From a virus, in the IMG/VR virus record IMGVR_UViG_3300045988_122038, positions 13,749 to 45,748 of that record: 32,000 nucleotides of DNA. One strand, 5' to 3'. Shown here in pieces: positions 1 to 5,785 of the stretch. The notes beneath the pieces were generated by a model. That model made no database searches, was not told where the DNA came from, and worked only from the letters and a program-made list of their open reading frames with translations. Both the position numbers and the translations under genes were made by a program. Positions within the stretch are counted from its first letter, which is position 1. Each line of letters starts with the position of its first letter.

Positions 1-114
1 AATTTGTGTGTCATATTGATTATCTTAGAAATTGACATTATCAAGCAAAATATCAGAGACTCAAAAGAAATGAGAGAAGTTGAAGAAATGGCAAAAAAGA
101 GGGATAAAAAATGA
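1..114 (+). CDS. 3' end of a hypothetical early protein (partial)
   Basis: Frame 1 is open from the window edge to TGA at 112-114, which overlaps the next start codon (ATGA). Confidence 0.4.
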   Translation, partial: NLCVILIILEIDIIKQNIRDSKEMREVEEMAKKRDKK

Positions 115-419
115 GTGGTGGAAGTTATTGTTATATGTTTAACCGAATTGAAGAAGAATATGTAGGTAGAATGTTTGATTCGCAATTAAATAGCATGATG
201 AAAGATTTAGTTGAAGTTCTACATGATTTAGAATGGTGGCAATCATGTGATTGTGATGAAAAACGTTATCGTGAAAAAGTTACTAAGTTCAAAAAGAAAT
301 GGTTCAAACAAACTAAGATCGATGTACAAAAGCAAATTGAATCAGAGTTTGAAAGAACAAAGAATGAGTTGCTAAAAGAATTTGATTATTTGAAGGATGA
401 TGAGAATGAGCATAACTGA
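111..419 (+). CDS. hypothetical early protein (102 aa)
   Basis: ORF track. A purine-rich stretch (agaggg) lies 7 nt upstream. ATGA-coupled to the upstream ORF. No recognisable domain. Confidence 0.6.
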   Translation: MSGGSYCYMFNRIEEEYVGRMFDSQLNSMMKDLVEVLHDLEWWQSCDCDEKRYREKVTKFKKKWFKQTKIDVQKQIESEFERTKNELLKEFDYLKDDENEHN

Positions 420-636
420 ATATGATATTCATGATGAATCAATTAAGAGTGGATGCATTCAATTGAAAGCTCATATTTACAGACATCCATACTCAAAGTA
501 TTTTTTTGAATCAATTGATAGTATGAATAAAATCATTGATTACATTGTTAAATTGGAACGCGAGAATCTAGGATTGAAAGAATATAAGAAAAACCAGGAA
601 AGAGCAAACGAAAGAAGATATCGTAGTGGTGAGTAG
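397..636 (+). CDS. hypothetical early protein (79 aa; start ambiguous among ATGs at 397, 400 and 406)
   Basis: ORF track. Overlaps the preceding gene; 'gaagga' lies just upstream. Confidence 0.5.
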   Translation: MMRMSITEYDIHDESIKSGCIQLKAHIYRHPYSKYFFESIDSMNKIIDYIVKLERENLGLKEYKKNQERANERRYRSGE

Positions 637-689
637 TCCTGGCATAGAGGTTCTGTTGTTGAAAAAATAAATAGATTGGAGAAAGTGGA

Positions 690-926
690 ATGGTTAATAT
701 GAAGGGATATCAACCAAAAGAAATTGATAGAAGCAAAATAAAAGTGCCTGAATATTTGAAAAAAAATAAAGAGCCTGAATATGAATACAAGGTAGCGTGG
801 GCTAATGAACGTAATAAAGCGTATATCGAATATTTATTGAATAATGGATGGAGCATTTTTAATGTACAAATTCCTTTGATTTATTTTAGAAAGGAAAAAA
901 AGGATGTTAAAGAAATACAGGATTAA
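690..926 (+). CDS. hypothetical early protein (78 aa)
   Basis: ORF track. 'ggagaaagtgg' lies upstream of ATG 690 (alternative ATG at 699). Confidence 0.55.
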   Translation: MVNMKGYQPKEIDRSKIKVPEYLKKNKEPEYEYKVAWANERNKAYIEYLLNNGWSIFNVQIPLIYFRKEKKDVKEIQD

Positions 927-1050
927 GTATATCAAAGACAATAATATTTGTGTGATGGAAGTTATGGAGGAATCAAAAAGCATGGCAATGTATAAGTTCT
1001 ATATGAAATTTCCATCATGCAGCATTGAGGAAATTGAAGAAATAGCATAG
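904..1050 (+). CDS. hypothetical small protein (48 aa), not in ORF track
   Basis: Hand translation MLKKYRIKYIKDNNICVMEVMEESKSMAMYKFYMKFPSCSIEEIEEIA. It fills the gap up to the SD of the next gene exactly. Confidence 0.4.
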   Translation: MLKKYRIKYIKDNNICVMEVMEESKSMAMYKFYMKFPSCSIEEIEEIA

Positions 1051-1058
1051 GAGAGAAG

Positions 1059-1526
1059 ATGAGTAAAACGGATTATGAAGAATATGTAGATGTTCAGGTG
1101 GATACATTAATTAAAAAACTTGAAATGTTCAAGATCTATGAAAGAAAGTTTAAATCGTTGGATGGAATCTTAAAGGATTTGGAGGTTCGCAAAAAAGAAT
1201 TTTCAGATCCAAAGTCACCATCATTTGAACAAAGACTAGATTCAAAGAAAAACAAGGACATTACAAATGATGTTCTTGTAAAGTTTATTTCAAAAGAAAA
1301 AACACTTGAAGATGATAAGAATCTAATCTTCGGAAAGATGAGAGAAATTGAAACAATTATTGACCTTATTCCGGATGATGATATTCGTTTATATATGAAA
1401 CGTCATTATATCAACGGAGAGTCATTTGAGAAGCTTTCAGGAGAAAAGTTCTGTAGCAGAATGAAAATGTATTACGCAATGAAAAAAGAGCTTAAAAAGC
1501 TCGTTATAGGGGATTTAAGTAAATAA
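1059..1526 (+). CDS. sigma-70 region-4-like HTH protein, candidate late-gene activator (RinA/ArpU/DUF1492-like by position)
   Basis: The C-terminal segment IPDDDIRLYMKRHYINGESFEKLSGEKFCSRMKMYYAMKKELKKL fits the region-4 HTH pattern. SD 'aggag' lies 6 nt upstream. Confidence 0.45.
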   Translation: MSKTDYEEYVDVQVDTLIKKLEMFKIYERKFKSLDGILKDLEVRKKEFSDPKSPSFEQRLDSKKNKDITNDVLVKFISKEKTLEDDKNLIFGKMREIETIIDLIPDDDIRLYMKRHYINGESFEKLSGEKFCSRMKMYYAMKKELKKLVIGDLSK

Positions 1527-1539
1527 GAGAGGACGAACA

Positions 1540-1827
1540 ATGCAGAAAGTAATCAGATCATACATTTTTGATGGGAAAAGTTTTGAAGAATTGCAAAAAG
1601 TGTTAGATGAAGGCTATGTTGTTGTTATGGCAAATAAGGTTGGAAAATGTGATGACGCTATTGAATACATCCTCGAAAAGAAAAACGAAGAAGTCTCGAT
1701 TGATGTTATTGTTAAAGGATTAAGAAAATTTGCAAAAAGCCTTTTTGGAAACGATGAACAAACAGAGTGGGTTAAGACAGGAATTTTACAAGCGGCAAAG
1801 CTCATCGAAGTAGGTCAAATAAGATGA
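1540..1827 (+). CDS. hypothetical early protein (95 aa)
   Basis: ORF track; 'agagagga' SD-like sequence upstream. Confidence 0.6.
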   Translation: MQKVIRSYIFDGKSFEELQKVLDEGYVVVMANKVGKCDDAIEYILEKKNEEVSIDVIVKGLRKFAKSLFGNDEQTEWVKTGILQAAKLIEVGQIR

Positions 1828-1894
1828 GATTAATTGCATAAATATGTGGTTGATTTTTTTACAAAGTTTTTATTTTATAAAAGTGTTACAAAGT

Positions 1895-1914
1895 AGCCTA
1901 TTTACTAGGCTTTT
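1895..1914 (+). terminator. weak intrinsic terminator-like hairpin after the first early operon
   Basis: AGCCTA (1895-1900) / TAGGCT (1906-1911), 5-nt loop, then TTT. This is also the first block of the 60-nt repeated element. Confidence 0.4.
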
Positions 1915-1955
1915 AAAAGGTTTGTAGTTAGTCTGATAATATATAGTTATCGGAC
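1896..1955 (+). repeat. copy 1 of a ~60-nt conserved non-coding element (partner at 6070-6130)
   Basis: Hand alignment. Block 1, GCCTATTTAnnAGGCTTTTAA, matches 19/21. Block 2, AGTCTnATAAnATATAGTTAnCnGAC, matches 22/26 with a 1-nt gap. Confidence 0.55.
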
Positions 1956-1971
1956 ATAGGAAGGAGTTCAG

Positions 1972-2136
1972 ATGATAAACAAAATTAAATGGTTTTTTAA
2001 AAGATTATTCTGTAAGCATGAATTTACTTGGTGTGTAAAGAATGAGATGTTTCATTCTCTCAGAGGTGAGACTCAGTATCTTGTGTGTTTGAAATGCGGG
2101 AAAGTGAAAGATACAAGATTTGTTGAATTTGAATAA
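1972..2136 (+). CDS. small zinc-ribbon-like protein (54 aa), not in ORF track
   Basis: AAGGAG at 1961-1966, 5 nt before the ATG. Translation MINKIKWFFKRLFCKHEFTWCVKNEMFHSLRGETQYLVCLKCGKVKDTRFVEFE carries CxH...C and CxxC pairs. Confidence 0.5.
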   Translation: MINKIKWFFKRLFCKHEFTWCVKNEMFHSLRGETQYLVCLKCGKVKDTRFVEFE

Positions 2137-2161
2137 ATGTGTGCTTTATAGGAGTGATATT

Positions 2162-2470
2162 GTGAGAAGGTTTTTAACGGAAGTGAAAAAGTTTTTTCTG
2201 ATTCATAATACAGAAAGTTTATTTGTACAATGGGAAGATTATTTTGTATGTGTTTATAAATCAGGTGAAACGCTTATAAGAGATGAACAAGGATTAAGAC
2301 TTCATAAGAAACATATTTGTGAATCACAATTCAAAAGTTTATATAGAAAGTTTTTAGATAATGAATTTGAATGCTTCAATTATGAAGATATAAAGAATAG
2401 ATGTAATAATTTTTGTCTAAATTCAGAAGAAGAATATAAAAAGTTTTTAAGAATATTTAGTGACTTGTAA
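2162..2470 (+). CDS. tandem paralogue 1 of a four-member family (unknown function)
   Basis: The in-frame GTG at 2162 is preceded by AGGAG (2150-2154). The track start at 2120 overlaps the zinc-ribbon ORF. The C-terminus ICESQFKSLYRKFLDNEFECFNYEDIKNRCNNF is near-identical to paralogue 2. Confidence 0.6.
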   Translation: MRRFLTEVKKFFLIHNTESLFVQWEDYFVCVYKSGETLIRDEQGLRLHKKHICESQFKSLYRKFLDNEFECFNYEDIKNRCNNFCLNSEEEYKKFLRIFSDL

Positions 2471-2490
2471 AAGTTTTAGGAGTAAAGGAA

Positions 2491-2916
2491 ATGAAAGACA
2501 AATTACCAAAGTTTTTAACAGAAAAACATATAAATAAAAAATATATAAATACAGGTGATGAACTTAATAAGCTGTTTATGAACAATAAAAAATATATAAA
2601 TATAGGTTATGAACTTAATAAACTGTTTATGATCAATAATACACAAAGTTTATTTGTACAATACGGAGATCGTGTTGAATGTGTTTATATGTCATATGAA
2701 AATGAAAAGTTTGAAAGGTGTCATTATGAAAGCAACGGTATACTCGTTATTAAGCATTATATTTGTGAATCGCAATTCAAAAGTTTATATAAAAAGTTTT
2801 TAGATAATGAAATTGATTGCTTAAACTATGAAGACGTAATGAATGGATGCAATAAGTTTTATCTAAATTCAGATGAAGATTATAAAAAGTTTATTAGAAT
2901 ATTGAATGATATGTAG
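2491..2916 (+). CDS. tandem paralogue 2 (141 aa) with an internal 17-aa duplication
   Basis: SD 'aggag' at 2479-2483. Shares LFVQ...CVY and ICESQFKSLYKKFLDNE...NYED...LNSDEDYKKF with paralogue 1. Confidence 0.65.
   Translation: MKDKLPKFLTEKHINKKYINTGDELNKLFMNNKKYINIGYELNKLFMINNTQSLFVQYGDRVECVYMSYENEKFERCHYESNGILVIKHYICESQFKSLYKKFLDNEIDCLNYEDVMNGCNKFYLNSDEDYKKFIRILNDM
2533..2634 (+). repeat. 2 x 51-bp in-frame tandem duplication (47/51 identical)
   Basis: AATAAAAAATATATAAATACAGGTGATGAACTTAATAAGCTGTTTATGAAC at 2533-2583 versus 2584-2634. Encodes NKKYINTGDELNKLFMN / NKKYINIGYELNKLFMI. Confidence 0.85.
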
Positions 2917-2938
2917 AAAGTTTTTTAGGAGTGATGAA

Positions 2939-3226
2939 ATGGATACAAATAAGTTTTCTTACAAAGAAGTTTTTGTGAAGTATGATAATGTACAAATTAG
3001 TGTTGTTTGTTCTAAGATGGTTGAAAAAGTTTTTGAATACAATGCGCATGATGATGAAGATGTGCCTGTGAATTATGTTTATTATGTGAAGAAAGAAAAG
3101 TTTTCTCAGTTGCTGGAAAAGTTTTTTGACGGTTCGATTCTATGCAAGCATGAAAAAGAATCTCAAAAGTTTTTTCCAACGTCTCAAGAACAATTAGAAA
3201 AAGTTTTTCTAATCCTGGATAAATAA
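2939..3226 (+). CDS. tandem paralogue 3 (divergent)
   Basis: ATG 2939 lies 7 nt after AGGAG (2927-2931). Shares the pattern FVKYDN.QISVVCS ... KEKFSQLLEKFFD ... KVFLILD with paralogue 4. Confidence 0.6.
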   Translation: MDTNKFSYKEVFVKYDNVQISVVCSKMVEKVFEYNAHDDEDVPVNYVYYVKKEKFSQLLEKFFDGSILCKHEKESQKFFPTSQEQLEKVFLILDK

Positions 3227-3244
3227 GCTTCTGGAGGTGTTGGA

Positions 3245-3565
3245 ATGTTTGAAAACAAGTTTTTATATACTGATATTCATATAAGTTATAAAGATACAAC
3301 AATAGTTGTTGTATGTTCAGATGATAAAGAAGTTATGTCTTTAGAAACAGATGGGTCTAAAAAATTATGGTATTACAGAGCCAATAAAGAAACGTTTAAT
3401 AGTTTGGTTGAAAAGTTATTGAATAGAGATATTGGAAATGGTCACAAAAAGGATTCAAAGTATTTTAAACTTTATTCAGGATCAAACTTAATGAAAGTGT
3501 TTAGTATTCTAAACTATATAGAATATAATACGATAAATGAGAAACTTCTTAAATTGAAAAAGTGA
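3245..3565 (+). CDS. tandem paralogue 4 (divergent)
   Basis: SD 'ggagg' upstream. Pattern ISYKDTTIVVVCS ... KETFNSLVEKLLN ... KVFSILN. Confidence 0.6.
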   Translation: MFENKFLYTDIHISYKDTTIVVVCSDDKEVMSLETDGSKKLWYYRANKETFNSLVEKLLNRDIGNGHKKDSKYFKLYSGSNLMKVFSILNYIEYNTINEKLLKLKK

Positions 3566-3600
3566 AAAACACGGTTTATAATATAGATGGTTAATTAATT

Positions 3601-3643
3601 AGGTTTGTTATTTGTGATATAGCACTAGTAACAAGCCTTTTTT
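3601..3643 (+). terminator. intrinsic terminator ending the rightward early block
   Basis: 10-bp stem AGGTTTGTTA / TAACAAGCCT (one G-U pair), 18-nt loop, followed by T5. Confidence 0.6.
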
Positions 3644-3703
3644 ATATTTAAACAAAAGAAACAAGAAAAACTTTTTGCAGCTGATCCAACTAAAAGAAGA
3701 CAT

Positions 3704-3727
3704 AAAAAAAGGACTTTTCGCAAGTCC
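3704..3727 (-). terminator. intrinsic terminator of the leftward operon (bidirectional hairpin)
   Basis: GGACTT / AAGTCC stem (3711-3716 / 3722-3727). On the - strand it is followed by T7 (the A-run at 3704-3710). It sits immediately after the stop codon at 3730-3732. Confidence 0.7.
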
Positions 3728-3729
3728 TT

Positions 3730-4299
3730 TTAAAATGGAAATTCAAACTCTTCAAGCATTTCTGTAGGTGCTGCTTTCTTCTTCTTTTTTGGTGCAGCTT
3801 TTTCAATGCTCATTTTTTCAACTTTTCCATCATTGTATATATAGCTTTCTTGTAATTTGTTTCTACTAAACAAGTCTATAGTTTTAGAAGTTGTGTTATA
3901 AGTTGCTAGCAAGCTTTTTGATCCAGGTTTACAGATCTTAAAAAGATCCTTGTTTAAAATATCAACATAGCATTTATAAATTTTGAAGAAATAACAGATA
4001 TCTTTTATTTCTTGTATATCTGGTATACATAACTCTTTTTTTGCTTCTGTATTGTAATATATTTGAATATCATAATTGAAAAGCTTGTCAAGATCATGAG
4101 CGACGAACAACCTTAAGTCATTTGTTTGAGCTGCTGCATACATGCATTTATTATGATCAAACTTAAAACCATGATCTTTTAAAACTTTTTCAGTTGAAGC
4201 GCTGGGAGTTCCTAACGCTTCAACATAAATGTGCGGTTTTTTCCGCTCATTTGTAACATAATAATTAAAATGGTTTCGTTCACGCTTCCACATTGTCAT
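3730..4299 (-). CDS. hypothetical protein (189 aa) with a Lys-rich linker and an acidic aromatic C-terminal tip ...EMLEEFEFPF
   Basis: SD AGGAGG inside the upstream gene (translational coupling). The C-terminus resembles SSB / T7 gp2.5-type acidic tails that end in Phe. Confidence 0.7.
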   Translation of the reverse strand: MTMWKRERNHFNYYVTNERKKPHIYVEALGTPSASTEKVLKDHGFKFDHNKCMYAAAQTNDLRLFVAHDLDKLFNYDIQIYYNTEAKKELCIPDIQEIKDICYFFKIYKCYVDILNKDLFKICKPGSKSLLATYNTTSKTIDLFSRNKLQESYIYNDGKVEKMSIEKAAPKKKKKAAPTEMLEEFEFPF

Positions 4300-4510
4300 T
4301 TTTAATACCTCCTAAAATATCCAAGGTATATAAAGTATTTGCAAGTAGCCAAAGTTCACGCGGTTCAAGCATCCAAGCAATGGTATCTAAACCATAGTTA
4401 AGATCATATAAACCGTTTAAATGTTTTGTAATTGTGTAAGGCTTGCAGCTAGATCCATTTAGTCGATCTAGTTTTTTTTCTGTAAACTCAATATATTCTT
4501 TATTATTCAT
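4280..4510 (-). CDS. hypothetical protein (76 aa)
   Basis: ATG at 4510 lies 8 nt after GGAGG. The track start at 4525 lacks an SD. Overlaps the downstream gene by 20 nt. Confidence 0.65.
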   Translation of the reverse strand: MNNKEYIEFTEKKLDRLNGSSCKPYTITKHLNGLYDLNYGLDTIAWMLEPRELWLLANTLYTLDILGGIKNDNVEA

Positions 4511-4512
4511 TT

Positions 4513-4785
4513 TTAAAACCTCCATTCATTATCTTTAAAAATAGTTCTAACAAGTGCATAAAGTTCGTTGCTTACTTGTTTAGAATCAACTAAAAGTTGA
4601 TCATAATAAACGCGTATAACTTTTTCACTTTCTATATATGCAAGATCATAAAAAAATGAATTAATATGATCCACTAAACATTCATATAAAAAGTCATATA
4701 CGACAAAATTACCAGAAATAAGATCATTCATATATGATCTAATTCTTGCATATTTATGCAATAATTTAATTTCAAAAAGTTCCAT
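4513..4785 (-). CDS. hypothetical protein (90 aa)
   Basis: SD AGGAGG 7 nt upstream of ATG 4785. Confidence 0.65.
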   Translation of the reverse strand: MELFEIKLLHKYARIRSYMNDLISGNFVVYDFLYECLVDHINSFFYDLAYIESEKVIRVYYDQLLVDSKQVSNELYALVRTIFKDNEWRF

Positions 4786-4802
4786 TGTTTAACCTCCTAC
4801 AA

Positions 4803-4925
4803 TTAATAAATAAGTGGTAGTAAAATATTTAAAAGGCCCAATATTATACCTATAATCAATGTAGATGTGCACGCTGCTAAATACAATTTTAAAAATGCAA
4901 GTATGAGCACCTTGACGGCGCTCAT
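4803..4925 (-). CDS. possible 40-aa hydrophobic membrane peptide, not in ORF track
   Basis: Translation MSAVKVLILAFLKLYLAACTSTLIIGIILGLLNILLPLIY. It fills the 160-nt gap between two operon genes, but there is no clear SD. Confidence 0.35.
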   Translation of the reverse strand: MSAVKVLILAFLKLYLAACTSTLIIGIILGLLNILLPLIY

Positions 4926-4945
4926 CTTGTCAAGATCTTTGCGTG

Positions 4946-5428
4946 TTAACATACTTTTTTACCTTTTGAAACAACTTTTTTAATTTCTCTAAAAATTAAA
5001 TGTGTGAGTTTTTCTTCCGCTTGGCGTTCCGTGAATTTACTTTTTTCGCTTTCGCTTTCTTCCAAAATTATCGCAAGATCTTCAACGGCGCTTCTATTGT
5101 AGTAGTAACAAGTATCTAGAACGCTTGGGAGTCCTTGACACCATTCAAAAAATAAATTCTCAATACTCATGTTTCTTTTGTCGTATTTAACTTTTTCATC
5201 ATAGAAACAATCATAAATAGCGTAAGCATATACGCTGAACATGTCGATTTGTCTTCCGTGTTTTGTATCTTCTTCAAACTTTTCAATATATGCGTATTTA
5301 TCGTAACCGGTAAAATCTACATTATCACATACATACTTTTTAATATTTTTTACAGCTTCTTTTGAATAAGTCTTTAACATTTTCTTTTTTAACCCGTCTA
5401 TGGTAGAATAGAAAAGCAATATATACAA
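4946..5428 (-). CDS. hypothetical protein (160 aa from TTG; 144 aa if from the internal ATG at 5380)
   Basis: AGGAGG (reverse complement of 5440-5445) lies 11 nt upstream of the TTG at 5428. A 9-bp hairpin (5391-5399 / 5428-5436) spans the start region. Confidence 0.6.
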   Translation of the reverse strand: MYILLFYSTIDGLKKKMLKTYSKEAVKNIKKYVCDNVDFTGYDKYAYIEKFEEDTKHGRQIDMFSVYAYAIYDCFYDEKVKYDKRNMSIENLFFEWCQGLPSVLDTCYYYNRSAVEDLAIILEESESEKSKFTERQAEEKLTHLIFREIKKVVSKGKKVC

Positions 5429-5516
5429 GACGGGTTTAACCTCCTGAATATTGTGTATATTTGCCGTTGTTGTGAACTCCTGGAAGCGGCCAAACTTGAA
5501 AGGGGTTCACGTTTTT

Positions 5517-5669
5517 TTATTTGTTTATATCCTTTTCAATTAGATCCAGGATATAAGCACTTTTTGATTCAACTTTATCAAGCTGGTTTAAGACTCTTTC
5601 ATTACTTAAAGGAACTAAAACCGTTACACGTTTATAATGACTTTTTTTATATTTGTTGTCATAAACCAT
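5517..5669 (-). CDS. ribbon-helix-helix (CopG/Arc-like) DNA-binding protein, 50 aa from ATG (59 aa if it starts at ATA 5696)
   Basis: Hand translation MVYDNKYKKSHYKRVTVLVPLSNERVLNQLDKVESKSAYILDLIEKDINK. The basic beta-strand YKRVTVLVP followed by two helices is typical of RHH proteins. The strong SD AAGGAGGG (reverse complement of 5703-5710) is correctly spaced only for the in-frame ATA at 5696. Confidence 0.55.
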   Translation of the reverse strand: MVYDNKYKKSHYKRVTVLVPLSNERVLNQLDKVESKSAYILDLIEKDINK

Positions 5670-5713
5670 CTTGTTTAGTTTTGCTTTTTCTTCTATGTTT
5701 ATCCCTCCTTTTC

Positions 5714-5742
5714 TTGACTATTTAAATAAACGGCGCTATAAT
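5714..5742 (+). promoter_or_regulatory. near-consensus sigma-A-type promoter firing rightward
   Basis: TTGACT (5714-5719), 17-nt spacer, TATAAT (5737-5742). Confidence 0.55.
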
Positions 5743-5785
5743 TTATTTGCTTATTTAGTGACGCTATTCATTGACTTTTATATCT

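Larger units (their letters stand above)
2188..3207 (+). repeat. array of 12 exact AAAGTTTT octamers (16 AAGTTTT), all on the + strand
   Basis: Counted by eye line by line. Occurrences fall in two reading frames (AAG TTT TTn = K-F-F/L and AAA GTT TTT = K-V-F) and in two intergenic spacers directly 5' of the SD. Confidence 0.7.

Noticed and set aside
2223-2661. TTGTACAA half-site-like palindromes at 2223-2230 and 2654-2661, possibly related to the late-gene dyad
   Set aside because: Both encode the conserved L-F-V-Q peptide of paralogues 1 and 2, so their recurrence is explained by paralogy. The full 15-bp dyad is absent.
5453-5725. 90-aa + strand ORF from the track (MYICRCCELLEAAK...)
   Set aside because: It has no SD and a Leu/Cys/Phe-rich, implausible composition. 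It lies antisense to the well-supported RHH gene and its SD, so it is treated as a shadow ORF.
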